A stretch of 64,000 nucleotides of DNA from an uncultured delta proteobacterium (GCA_963847445.1 CAWJZV010000024.1:64001-128000); one strand, 5' to 3'. Positions 43,049-52,693 are shown, numbered from the stretch's first letter. The notes: generated by a model from the sequence alone, not told the origin. Made by a program: numbers and translations.

Positions 43049-43256
43049 TGTCCATAACTTACGCTCGTCTACAGAATATGAAAATGGATGGACTCCCTCC
43101 ATAGGCGGTCTGCTTGAACGCGTCGTTCCCGCGCACGCGGGAATCCAGGTTTGGTCTGCGCCCAATTGGCCTGGATTCCCGCTTTCGCGGGTATGACGGA
43201 ACCCAGGTGACCTCTTCGTTGTGCAGACCCTCTCCTTGCACGTATTTTCTAAGGAG
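43049..43256 (+). mobile_element. Non-coding site-specific inserted element, copy C (208 bp)
   Basis: CACCACGAAG|TGTCCATAACTTACGCTCGTCTACAGAATATGAAAAT...GTATTTTCTAAGGAG. Confidence 0.72.
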
Positions 43257-43293
43257 GTTTCGTAGGGTGTGTTTCGCGTTCCAGGTTGCAAAG

Positions 43294-43319
43294 AGGGCGG
43301 GTTTCAAACCCGCCCCTAC
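43294..43319. repeat. GTAG-type REP palindrome GGGCGGGTTTCAAACCCGCCCCTAC
   Basis: Further copies at 19686, 29308, 41735, 45039, 45934 and 60741. Confidence 0.85.
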
Positions 43320-43442
43320 ATTTCGGAATTCTTTTTGCGTTCTTTGCGGCCAAACTCCAGATCCAATCCACGTCCTTCGTGGTGAAAGAGTCCGACCCAT
43401 CTCAGCCTCGACCGTCTAATTCAGTTCTGCTAGTCTCGCGTC

Positions 43443-43888
43443 ATGAATCTGGCAAGACAATCTTCTGACCACCACCGATGAGATCCGCGATCTAATCAAT
43501 ACAAACCAAACGGATCGCCGTCCTCGGCATCAAGACCGACGCTCAAGCCGACCAGCCGTCGGTGTACGTGCCGCAGTACATGCAACGCGCCGGCTTCGAG
43601 ATCATCCCAGTGCCGGTGTATTACCCGGACGCTACGAAAATCTTAGGTGAGACGGTTTATCGCCAGCTAACCGCCATCCCTGGCGACATCGACATGGTCG
43701 ACGTCTTCCGCCGCCCCAACGACATCGCCGGTCACATCGAAGACATCTTGGCGAAGCGACCCAAGTCCGTCTGGTTTCAATCCGGCATCCGCAACGACAA
43801 GGCGGCGGAGATATTCGCCAAGGCGGGGCTAAAAGTAGTCCAAGACCGCTGACTGATGGTCGACCACCGGCGGTTCGCCGGGAATTGA
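43443..43888 (+). CDS. YccU-like CoA-binding protein (CoA_binding_2), candidate selenoprotein (TGA 43850-43852); N-terminal indels near 43449 and 43501
   Basis: KRIAVLGIK...PSVYVPQYMQRAGFEIIPV, IDMVDVFRR, VWFQSGIRN, AGLKVVQDR-TGA-LMVDHRRFAGN-stop; family consensus is VVxDRCxxVEH. Confidence 0.82.
43867..43881 (+). promoter_or_regulatory. Candidate SECIS element of the CoA-binding protein gene
   Basis: 6-bp all-GC stem CCGGCG/CGCCGG with GTT loop; loop begins after 20 nt following the UGA. Confidence 0.65.
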
Positions 43889-43898
43889 GATCGTTTGG

Positions 43899-44118
43899 GG
43901 TTACGAGTTTCGGGTTTCGAGTTTTCGGACTGCCGCGGCGAATTCAGGCTGCTCGATATTTTGCGAATCTAGCAACTAACGATCCGTCATACCGGCGCAG
44001 GCCGGCATCCATCCCCTTTTTCCTCTTAGATTCCGGCCTGCGCCGGAATGACAGAAAACGGGGCGATTTGAACTGGGCTGACGGCTTCCACTGAACTCGA
44101 AACCCGAAACTCGAAACG
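43899..44118. repeat. 7-nt periodic palindrome enclosing a GTCATACCGGCGCAGGCCGG...CCGGCCTGCGCCGGAATGAC pair
   Basis: GTTACGA GTTTCGG GTTTCGA ... CTCGAAA CCCGAAA CTCGAAA; inner pair at 43987-44052. Confidence 0.8.
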
Positions 44119-44142
44119 CCGAATCGCGCGCAATGCGTACGC

Positions 44143-45006
44143 TCACGCCGCCAACTTTTTCGCCCGCAGTTGCTTGGCGATAAAATTCTTTACCATCTCA
44201 TGAGCCCGATCCGTCATCGGCCCCGGATCGTCAATCCACAGATGTTCGCAACCCGCGAATAATTCATACTGACAGTCGCCGCCCGCGGCGCGATAGGCGT
44301 TGGCGAATTTCTCCTGCACCGCCGGCCGCACGTTGTCGTCCAGCTCCCCTTGCATGATCAGCAGCGGCGGCAACGTGACTTTTTCGCCGCGGTCGAGAAT
44401 CTCCTGCGGATTGGCTTCGTGGATCGTTTCCCAGGGATTAAAATAGTTCTTGCTGTGCTGCATCATCTCGGCTCGCCCCAGCGACTCGGCATTCAAGTAC
44501 CGCGCATAGGGATTGCTCACCGGCGAGCGCGTCGCGACGTAGTTGACTCTGGCATCGAGGTTCGGCGCTGCGGCGAGCTTAAGCGCATTGTAGCGCGGGT
44601 CGTCCGGCCGCATCGCCAACAGCTCGACTTCATGGCCGCCGCTCGAACTGCCCAGCACACCGATCGTCGCAGCATCGCCGTTCCATTCCTGCGCTTTAGA
44701 TTTCAGCCAGCGCACGCCGTAGTTGGCATCCTGCACCGACGCCGGATAGGGCGCCTCGGACGCGCGAGTCAGGTCGATGGCGACGACGAGAATTCCGCTC
44801 CGCGCCAAACTCTCGTCCATGCTCGAGTTGGCAGTCCGGTCCTTGTTGTTCCACGCCCCGCCATGAAGATCGAGCAACACCGGAAACGGCCCCGCCCCCT
44901 GCGGCTGGTAAACCCGCGCCATCAACATCCGCGCCGCCGCCTTGCGAAACTCGACATCCCAACTCTTGATCTCGAACTTGTCCGAAGGATTGTATGCGGT
45001 CGCCAT
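44143..45006 (-). CDS. Alpha/beta-hydrolase (HSL-like esterase)
   Basis: LHGGAW oxyanion motif, YPASVQD, GSSSGGH nucleophile elbow, QGELDD, H in GCEH. Confidence 0.88.
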   Translation of the reverse strand: MATAYNPSDKFEIKSWDVEFRKAAARMLMARVYQPQGAGPFPVLLDLHGGAWNNKDRTANSSMDESLARSGILVVAIDLTRASEAPYPASVQDANYGVRWLKSKAQEWNGDAATIGVLGSSSGGHEVELLAMRPDDPRYNALKLAAAPNLDARVNYVATRSPVSNPYARYLNAESLGRAEMMQHSKNYFNPWETIHEANPQEILDRGEKVTLPPLLIMQGELDDNVRPAVQEKFANAYRAAGGDCQYELFAGCEHLWIDDPGPMTDRAHEMVKNFIAKQLRAKKLAA

Positions 45007-45163
45007 TTTTACGCCCTCCCTTACTATTGAAGCTATGAGAGCGGGTTTCAAACCCGCCCCTCCTGTAAATTATTTTTTGTGCCCTTTGCGTTTCCGATCG
45101 TCCTGAGCACCGTCGAAGGATGCGGCAAATCATCCGAATCCAAAACTTGTGGTTAACACTCTT

Positions 45164-45733
45164 TTACGGCATCGCCGGCGCTTCGCCGACTTGCCAAATA
45201 TACAACGTGCGCGAATCGGCATAGTCCGCGGTGCCATCGCTCGGCGGGGCGAGATGCTCGACGCGCGTCGGTTTCCAGTCGTCGATGTCGAAATCATGGG
45301 CGACCACGCGCGAACCGGGTTTGAGCTTTTGCAGCTTCGGCCGGAGCGCGTTGTTGAACCATTTGAACATGTACAGCGTCACCACCGTCGCTTCGGAGAT
45401 ATCGACGGTGAGTCCGTCCTGGGCGCGAAACTCGACCAGGTGGCTCACGCCTTCGCTCAGGGCGTTTTCCTTCGCCTTGGCGACCAGCTCGGGATTGAGA
45501 TCGATGCCGACGCCGCGGATACCGAACTTCTTCGCCGCTTCGATGACGATACGGCCGTCGCCGCTGCCCATGTCGTAAAGGATGTCGCCCTTCTTGATCT
45601 CGGCGACCTCGATCATCTTATGCACCACATACATCGGCGAGGGAACGTAAGGGATTGAATCTTGCGCCAGACTCACCTGGCGCATCAGCAGCACCAGTCC
45701 AAAAACCACCAACAGCTTAGCAACATTTCCCAT
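45164..45733 (-). CDS. Class I SAM-dependent methyltransferase with signal peptide
   Basis: PYVPSP, LYDMGSGDGRIVI, GIDLNPELV, ATVVTLYM, LKPGSRVVAHDF. Confidence 0.88.
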   Translation of the reverse strand: MGNVAKLLVVFGLVLLMRQVSLAQDSIPYVPSPMYVVHKMIEVAEIKKGDILYDMGSGDGRIVIEAAKKFGIRGVGIDLNPELVAKAKENALSEGVSHLVEFRAQDGLTVDISEATVVTLYMFKWFNNALRPKLQKLKPGSRVVAHDFDIDDWKPTRVEHLAPPSDGTADYADSRTLYIWQVGEAPAMP

Positions 45734-45842
45734 GATGGAGATCCTCCGCTAAAGCATTGAGCGTCGGCATCATATGCCGAGCACCACGATGGTTGTCAAT
45801 GGCAAATTGAACCGGCTGCGTCGCGCCAGGCACAAATCCATC

Positions 45843-45994
45843 TCACCACGAAGCCCATAGCGCGGCGAAGCCGCAACCGAAAAGAAGAATGGCCGCAAAG
45901 AACGCAAAGCGCGCAAAAAAAGAATCGGAAATCGTAGGGGCGGGTTTGAAACCCGCCCTCTTGGCTTCGTGATCTTCGTGTCCTTCGTGGTGAA
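45843..45994. repeat. Nested CACGAAG / TAGCGCGGC..GCCGCAACC / CGCAAAG / REP composite
   Basis: TCACCACGAAG ... CTTCGTGGTGAA ends enclosing three other repeat types. Confidence 0.8.
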
Positions 45995-46111
45995 AGCAAC
46001 TTTTCTATGTAATCGCGGATCGGCCGCGATATCCGCGATTTTTCGGGCTGGGCAAACTCTTTCGGCTGTGGTAGTAGCGGGGACTGACTGAAACAAATAG
46101 GAGCTAAGCCT

Positions 46112-47132
46112 ATGACCGGCAAACGAACATGGCTATTGGCTGCGGTACTCGTTGGAATATTCTTTTCCCGGCGCTACGGCTCGCGCCGCGGTGCCGACGC
46201 CGATGCTCGCCGCCTACGGCGGCCATAACGAAACCATGATCCCGATCTGGGTCGGGGCGGATAAGGGACTGTTCCGCAAGTACGGCGTCGATCTGCGCGC
46301 GCTACAGACCCGCAGCGGGCCGATCATGATGGCGACCCTCGCCTCCGGCGGCACGCCGCTCGTCTGGTCGGCGCCGAGCAGCGCGCTGAGCACCACGGCG
46401 AGCGGGCTCAAGCTCGGCTGCTTCGCCGTCGGCAACAACCAGGTGCCGCGGGAAGTCATCGTCAGAAAAGGCATCGAGTCGATCGAAGACCTGCGCGGCA
46501 AAAGCTTTGGCGTGCAGAGCATCGGCGGCGGCTTTTGGATCTCGACCATGGTGGTGCTCGACGCCCTGGGCATCGATCCGGACAAATACAAACTCAACAT
46601 GCGCGTCATCGGCGATACCGCCACCGTCACCCAAGCGCTGATCACCGGCAACGTCGACGCCATGGTCGTCCCCTATAGCTACGGCGATGTCGCCAAGCGC
46701 GCCGGCGCCAAGGCCCTGGCCGATGCCGGCAAGTTGAACGTCACCTATCAAGCCACCGTCATGTGCGCCCAGAAAGATTCCAGCGCGGTATCGAACGACA
46801 CCATGATCGCCATGACCAAGGGCATCGTCGATGCGCTGGCCTACATTCTCGAACCCGCCAACAAGCGCGAGGTCAGCGAGGTGCTCAAGAAAAACCTGCG
46901 CTTGAGCAAGGACGAAGATGTCGACGGGTCTTATCGAGTGTCGCGCTTGCAGATGCCCAACCTCGACATCGCGCCGAACCTGGAAGCCTGGCGCACGGTG
47001 AAACGGCTGGTCGCCAAAGTGAATCCCAAAGTCCAGGACGTCGACATAGAACAAGTGATCGTCACCGGCCCGGCGCAATTTTTGGAAACAAGCGGCTTCA
47101 TGGCGGAGATGCGGAAGAGACTGCCACGATGA
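46112..47132 (+). CDS. NMT1/SsuA-like ABC substrate-binding protein (frameshift in signal region near 46165)
   Basis: PIWVGADKGLFRKYGVD, DLRGKSFGVQSIGG, ALITGNVDA; AGGAG RBS before ATG 46112. Confidence 0.85.
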
Positions 47133-47219
47133 CGAGATTCTGTTCACCACGAAGGCACGAAGATCACGAAGGTAAGAGAAGACAGGAGATTTGTTTTCCG
47201 AACTTCGTGTACTTCGTGC

Positions 47220-47427
47220 CTCCTTCGAAAATACATGTGAGGGGATGATATGCACAACAAAGAGCCTGCGGGGCTCCGTCATACCCGCGAAAGCGGGTAT
47301 CCAGGCTAATTCGGCGCAGAACAAACCTGGATTCCCGCGTGTGCGGGAATGACGAATTGAGCGGGATCATGTTCTGGGAATACCAACCATTTTCATGTTC
47401 TGTAGACGAGCGTAAGCTCATGGAGCA
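47220..47427 (-). mobile_element. Non-coding site-specific inserted element, copy D (208 bp, inverted)
   Basis: CTTCGTGC|CTCCTTCGAAAATAC...ATTTTCATGTTCTGTAGACGAGCGTAAGCTCATGGAGCA|CTTCGTGGTG; reverse complement resembles copy C. Confidence 0.75.
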
Positions 47428-47514
47428 CTTCGTGGTGCAAAGCCGATAATCAACCTTGAACTTTTGAACTTTAAACATTGAACCGCGCTCATAGCGCACA
47501 GAAGGAGCCCCACC

Positions 47515-49227
47515 ATGCACGGCGGACAAGTAATGTTGAAGGCGGTCGAACGGAGCGGCATCGATTTTATTTTATCCTCGCCCGGCTCGGAGTGGCCGCC
47601 GATGTGGGAAGCGCTGGCGGAAGCGGCGGCGCGCGGCGCGCAGAAGCCCAAGTATATCAACTGCCGCCACGAAGCGGTCGCCGTCGCCATGGCGGCGGGC
47701 TACACCAAAGTGACCAATCGGCCACAGGTCGTCATGCTCCACGCCACCGCCGGGCCGCTTAATGCCGCGATGACTTTGCGCGCCGCGCTGCACGAGCGCA
47801 CGCCGATGGTGATCATCAGCGGTGAGATCGCCGCCTACGGCGAAAACACCAAAGTCGCCGATCCCGGCGGCCAGTGGCTCCATGACCTCACCGACTTGGG
47901 CGGTTCGCCGGATTTGCTGCGCGGCTGCGTCAAATGGGCCGACCGCATCTCGTCGGTGGAATTGTTGGGGCCGACCATCGAACGCGCCGTGCGCATCGCC
48001 ATGGAACCGCCCATGGGCCCGGTGCTGATCGGCATTCCGTTCGAATGCATGATGGAACAAGTCGATGACATCGACCACGGCAAGGCCAATGAAGTCGCCC
48101 GCGCCCACGCCGTCGACGACGCCAGCATCGACAAAGCGCTAAGCCTCATCGCCGCGGCGAAAAATCCCATCGCCTTGACCGAACATGTCGGCGGCGACCC
48201 GCGCGCCGTGGCGCGCTTCGTCGAGCTCTGCGAAATGTTCGGCATCCCGGTGATGGAAACCTACCGCCCCGCGTTCATGAATTTCCCGCGCACCCATCCA
48301 CTTTATTTGCATCACGATCCCAAGGCGGTCGATGCGGCGGATTTGATTCTAATGGTCGACGCGGTGACGCCTTGGTATCCGGCGAGCAAGCCGCCCAAGA
48401 ACGCCAAAGTGATTGCCATCGCCGATGAGTTTCCCAACTCACGCCTGCCCTACTGGGGCTACAACGTCGATCTGGCCTTGGTCGCAGCGCCGGCAACGAC
48501 TCTCGGACAACTGGTACAAAAAGCCAAAGCCTCCGAGCAAGTCGCCGCCAATCGCGCGAGCTACCAGCAACGCGCAGCGCGCACGGGCGAGCAGCACGGC
48601 AGTTATTTTGGCAAGCTTAAAGAAGAAGCGCAGAAGCACGCCGACGACAATCCAATTGATCCGCGCTGGGCGGTGCATGCGCTCGGGCAAGCGCTGCCGG
48701 CGAATGCAGTGATCTCGGAAGAGACCACGGTCTATCGCAGCTTGATCCAAGAAACCATGCCGCGCGACCAACCGCAGTCTTACTTCGCGCGCATCACCGG
48801 CGGACTCGGCGTCGGTTTGAGCTACGCCCTGGGCGTGAAGTTAGCGATGCCCGACCGGCCGGTCTTCGCGTTCATCGGCGACGGCGCGTTTCATTACAAC
48901 GCCGTGCCGTCATGCTTGGGCGTAGCGGAGGAATATGGCCTGCCGATCCACTGCGTGATTTTCAACAACGGCCGCTATCTGTCCATGGAAACCAGCTTGA
49001 TCAAATATTTCCCCGACGGCGCGGCGAAAACCACCGGCGTTCACTTCGGCGCCGAGATCGGCCCGCGTCCCGATTACCAGCACTACGCCAAAGCCCATGG
49101 CGGCGAAGGCTTCCGGGTCACCAACCCGAAGGACATCGCGAAGGCCGTCGAACAAGCGCTAAAGTGCGAGCAGGAAAAGAAACTAACGGTGATCGACCTG
49201 GTGCTGAGCGATTTGAATCCGCGCTAG
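47515..49227 (+). CDS. Thiamine-diphosphate-dependent enzyme (acetolactate synthase/benzoylformate decarboxylase-like)
   Basis: PGSE, RHEAVAVAMAAGY, GGLG, GDGAFHY...FNN ThDP-binding motif. Confidence 0.92.
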   Translation: MHGGQVMLKAVERSGIDFILSSPGSEWPPMWEALAEAAARGAQKPKYINCRHEAVAVAMAAGYTKVTNRPQVVMLHATAGPLNAAMTLRAALHERTPMVIISGEIAAYGENTKVADPGGQWLHDLTDLGGSPDLLRGCVKWADRISSVELLGPTIERAVRIAMEPPMGPVLIGIPFECMMEQVDDIDHGKANEVARAHAVDDASIDKALSLIAAAKNPIALTEHVGGDPRAVARFVELCEMFGIPVMETYRPAFMNFPRTHPLYLHHDPKAVDAADLILMVDAVTPWYPASKPPKNAKVIAIADEFPNSRLPYWGYNVDLALVAAPATTLGQLVQKAKASEQVAANRASYQQRAARTGEQHGSYFGKLKEEAQKHADDNPIDPRWAVHALGQALPANAVISEETTVYRSLIQETMPRDQPQSYFARITGGLGVGLSYALGVKLAMPDRPVFAFIGDGAFHYNAVPSCLGVAEEYGLPIHCVIFNNGRYLSMETSLIKYFPDGAAKTTGVHFGAEIGPRPDYQHYAKAHGGEGFRVTNPKDIAKAVEQALKCEQEKKLTVIDLVLSDLNPR

Positions 49228-49256
49228 ATCACGGCGTCGTTGAAAATAAATCGCGC

Positions 49257-50114
49257 TTACGCCGCGTCAGCGCTGGCAACCGTGATGTCGATCTCGGCGT
49301 GGAGTTCCGAGGTAATCGCGTTGCCGCGAAACGTGCCGCTCACGGGAGCCGCGAGCAGAGGATCCCCGGCTGCGGCAATGGCCACATGGCGATCGCTTAC
49401 AGCGAGACCCTGTCCGGGATCGTAGCCACGCCAACCGACGCCCGGTAGATAAACTTCGCCCCAGGAGTGCAGCGAGAGTCGATCTTTTGTGCCGCCGTCT
49501 TGGCAATAGCCGTTGACGAAACGAGCCGCGATGCCGACATAACGGCAGGCGTCGATGAATAAAACCGCCAGATCGCGGCTGGGTCCGGCTCGGCTCAAAA
49601 AAGTTTCTTCGGCGCTTCTCGGCGCCCCAACCCCCCGTTCTGTTTGTTGAAAGCTTTCGGAAATTTCCCGGGTGAGCATCGTCAGGAAACGCAAGGTTTT
49701 CCATTCAGTCCGATTGGCGATCTGACGGGCGAATTGTTCGACCAAGTGGCTCTCGTTCCGGCGCACGGTATAAGGGGCGAGGTACGCCTGAAGCGGATCC
49801 TGGTAGCTAACGGGCAGGCGGTCGGCCCGTTCGGCGAGAATATAATTGAACGGATTGCGGTATTGGGTGACTATTTTGGCGCGGCTGGCAACGATCAGTT
49901 TTTCCGTCAGACCTTGAAACCAAACATTCTCGACGATGTTGCCGTCGATATCGATCCCGTCCGTCGATCCGGCGGGACGCGGGTCGATTTTGGATTCGAA
50001 GTGCTGCACGTTTTGCACAGCATCGCAGCGCGGACGGATCCGCAGATGATGCAACTCCAGAAAAACCGGGCGGCTATAAGTGTAAGTAGTTTTGTGACTG
50101 ATTTCGAAGAACAT
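49257..50114 (-). CDS. Transglutaminase-like protein (Bact_transglu_N + core), catalytic Cys replaced by Ser
   Basis: ISHKTTYTY...LRIRPR N-domain; AGPSRDLAVL, AARFVNGY, HSWGEVYLPGVGWRGYDP. Confidence 0.88.
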   Translation of the reverse strand: MFFEISHKTTYTYSRPVFLELHHLRIRPRCDAVQNVQHFESKIDPRPAGSTDGIDIDGNIVENVWFQGLTEKLIVASRAKIVTQYRNPFNYILAERADRLPVSYQDPLQAYLAPYTVRRNESHLVEQFARQIANRTEWKTLRFLTMLTREISESFQQTERGVGAPRSAEETFLSRAGPSRDLAVLFIDACRYVGIAARFVNGYCQDGGTKDRLSLHSWGEVYLPGVGWRGYDPGQGLAVSDRHVAIAAAGDPLLAAPVSGTFRGNAITSELHAEIDITVASADAA

Positions 50115-50157
50115 GGTTATCCTTCCGCCCAATCTTGCCGCGCGATTGCCGCGCCGA

Positions 50158-51138
50158 TCACTGGCCGACTCGATCCGGCGGCGTCGAACCCACCGGGCGA
50201 AGCGCGAAAAAGGTGTCGAAGATGCATTGATCCACCAGATTCAACTTGGTCTGAAATCCGTCGAGAAACTCATGCAGGCCGCGGGCGACGATCTGCGGCG
50301 TGTCGGTATACGCCAATTCGGCGCGCAGCTGGCCCAAGCGCTGCTCGGCGGTATTGCGGTACATGCCGATCGGCGTGCCGGAGATCGCGTGGAGTGAATC
50401 GTTGGCGGTCGTCAGGCAGTAGTGAATCGAGCGGGGAAACTCATGGTCCAAGACCAGAAAGTTGATAATTTGCTCCGGCGCGATGTGGCCGTGGCGCTTG
50501 CGGTACATTTCTAAAGCGCTCGCCGATCGTAACACCGCGGCCCATTGGATATCGTCCAACGGGGTGCCCACGTCGGCGACCGACGGCAGCAGCATGAAAT
50601 ACTTGACATCGAGCAGCCGGGAGGTCTTATCGGCCCGTTCGAGCAGTCGTCCCAGGCTATAGAAGTGCCACACTTCCCCGTGCAACATGGTCGCGTCGGT
50701 GATGCCGTGAAACAGTTGGCTGGCCTTTTTTACTTCGCTGAAAAAGCTCGAAGACGACGTCCTCAGCCGTTCGTTTGCCGCCGCGGCGTTGACCATCAAA
50801 TAAAAAGTGTTGACCTGTTCCCACATCTCGGGCGAAATCGACTCGCGAATTGTCCGGGCGTTCTCCCGTGCGGCGCGCAAGCAAGACACGATCGAGCTTG
50901 GGTTGTCCTCGTCAAAGGTAAGAAACTTGATGACGTTGTCCCGCGTCGCCACCGGATAGTTCGAAGAGAACGCAGCGTCGCCGCCGGAGATGCTCACCAG
51001 GGGATGCCACTGTTCCGGAGAGCCGCTCGGCAAATCGAGCATCAATTGCAGGTTAACATCGATAAAGCGCGCGACGTTGTCGGCTCGCTCCATGTAGCGG
51101 CTCAACCAGTAGATCGAATTGGCGACTCGGCTTAGCAT
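50158..51138 (-). CDS. Alpha-E domain protein (DUF403)
   Basis: MLSRVANSIYWLSRYMERADNVAR, ARENAR, GRLLERADKTSR, FPRS. Confidence 0.93.
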   Translation of the reverse strand: MLSRVANSIYWLSRYMERADNVARFIDVNLQLMLDLPSGSPEQWHPLVSISGGDAAFSSNYPVATRDNVIKFLTFDEDNPSSIVSCLRAARENARTIRESISPEMWEQVNTFYLMVNAAAANERLRTSSSSFFSEVKKASQLFHGITDATMLHGEVWHFYSLGRLLERADKTSRLLDVKYFMLLPSVADVGTPLDDIQWAAVLRSASALEMYRKRHGHIAPEQIINFLVLDHEFPRSIHYCLTTANDSLHAISGTPIGMYRNTAEQRLGQLRAELAYTDTPQIVARGLHEFLDGFQTKLNLVDQCIFDTFFALRPVGSTPPDRVGQ

Positions 51139-51189
51139 TAGTCTAATTCACGATTGCGCCGCGCTATGAGCTGCTCAGGAGCGCGGCGT

Positions 51190-52620
51190 TTAAGCCTGTA
51201 ATACCCACGTGTCCTTGCTCCCTCCTCCCTGAGATGAGTTGACCACCAAGGAGCCGGGTTTGAGTGCGACGCGAGTCAGTCCGCCGGGTAACACGTAAAT
51301 GTCGCTGCCGTAGAGCACATAGGGACGCAAATCGACATGGCGCCCGACGACGCGGCCATCGGCGATCACCGGCACCCGCGATAGACCCAAGGTCGGCTGG
51401 GCGATATAGTTGCGCGGATTTTGTTGAATCCGTTGGGCAAACTCAGCACGTTCTGCTGGCGTCGCGTGCGGGCCCACGAGCATGCCGTAACCGCCCGATT
51501 CGTTGACCGCTTTGACGACTAGTTTGTTTAGGTTGGCAAGCACGTAGGAAAGTTCCTCGGGCTCGGCGCAAATATGCGTCGGCACGTTTGGGATGACAAT
51601 TTCTTCGCCCAGATAGTATTCGATGATCTTCGGCACATAGGCGTAGATCGACTTGTCGTCGGCGATGCCCGTGCCCGGCGCGTTGGCCAACGCCACGCGC
51701 CCTTTCTTATAAATCTCCATAAGCCCCGCCACCCCCAGTAATGAATCCGACCGGAAAGCTTGCGGGTCGAGAAAATCATCGTCGATGCGCCGATACAGCA
51801 CGTCAACCGGTTCGAAACCTTTGGTGGTGCGCATCATGATCCGGTTGTTGAGCGCCACCAGATCACGCCCCTCGACCAATTCGACGCCCATTTGTTGCGC
51901 CAAAAAAGAATGTTCATAGTAGGCCGAATTGTAAATGCCCGGAGTAAGCACGGCGACTTTGGGCGAGTCAACCGCCGGGAATAGCGATTGAAGAGTCGAC
52001 AGCAAGCGGCTGGGATATTCATCCACCGGCCGGACGCGCGACGCCTCGAAAACCTGGGGAAAGGTCCGCTTCATGATCCGGCGATTTTCGAGCACGTAAG
52101 ACACGCCGGAGGGACAGCGCAAGTTATCTTCCAAGACGTACATCTGGCCGTCGCGGTCGCGCACCAGATCGGTGCCGGTGATATGGCACCAGACCTTTTG
52201 CGGCGGATTGAGTCCGACGCATTCTTTCCTAAAAGAACGCGCCGATTGGATCAGATATTCCGGCACGACTTTGTCTTTGACGATTTTTTGTTGATGATAA
52301 ATATCGTCGATGAATAAATTGAGCGCGTAGACCCGCTGCTTCAATCCCTTCTCGATCCAATCCCACTCGGCGGCTTCGACGATCCGCGGTATGACATCGA
52401 ACGGGAATATTTTTTCGGTTGCCGCGCTGTCGCTATAAACGTTAAAAGTAATCCCGTTCTGCAACAGCAGGCTCTCGGCGGCCGCTTGGCGGGCGAAAAG
52501 CTCACCGTCCGGCAGCGACTCGATCCGCTCCTTTAGCAATCCTGCGCCAGAGCGTGGAGTGCTGTCAGAGACGAACATCTCGTCATAGAAATCAGTGGTT
52601 TCGTAAAGTTCAAATTTCAT
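51190..52620 (-). CDS. Circularly permuted type-2 ATP-grasp protein (DUF404/407)
   Basis: PFDVIPR, GTDLVRD, LEDNLRCPSGVSY, YRRIDDDFLDP, GGYGML, PGGLTRVAL, VVNSSQGGGSKDTWV. Confidence 0.93.
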   Translation of the reverse strand: MKFELYETTDFYDEMFVSDSTPRSGAGLLKERIESLPDGELFARQAAAESLLLQNGITFNVYSDSAATEKIFPFDVIPRIVEAAEWDWIEKGLKQRVYALNLFIDDIYHQQKIVKDKVVPEYLIQSARSFRKECVGLNPPQKVWCHITGTDLVRDRDGQMYVLEDNLRCPSGVSYVLENRRIMKRTFPQVFEASRVRPVDEYPSRLLSTLQSLFPAVDSPKVAVLTPGIYNSAYYEHSFLAQQMGVELVEGRDLVALNNRIMMRTTKGFEPVDVLYRRIDDDFLDPQAFRSDSLLGVAGLMEIYKKGRVALANAPGTGIADDKSIYAYVPKIIEYYLGEEIVIPNVPTHICAEPEELSYVLANLNKLVVKAVNESGGYGMLVGPHATPAERAEFAQRIQQNPRNYIAQPTLGLSRVPVIADGRVVGRHVDLRPYVLYGSDIYVLPGGLTRVALKPGSLVVNSSQGGGSKDTWVLQA

Positions 52621-52693
52621 GGCCGGTCCTAGAGTAATGCCAAAGCCGCCGTTACCCGCATAAGGTAACACGACCGCAGCACCCCTTGTCTAC

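Noticed and set aside
42959-43291. Long N-terminal extension of amidohydrolase ORF 42050..43291
   Set aside because: Runs through repeat element copy C; ATG 42958 has an RBS and precedes IDADAH
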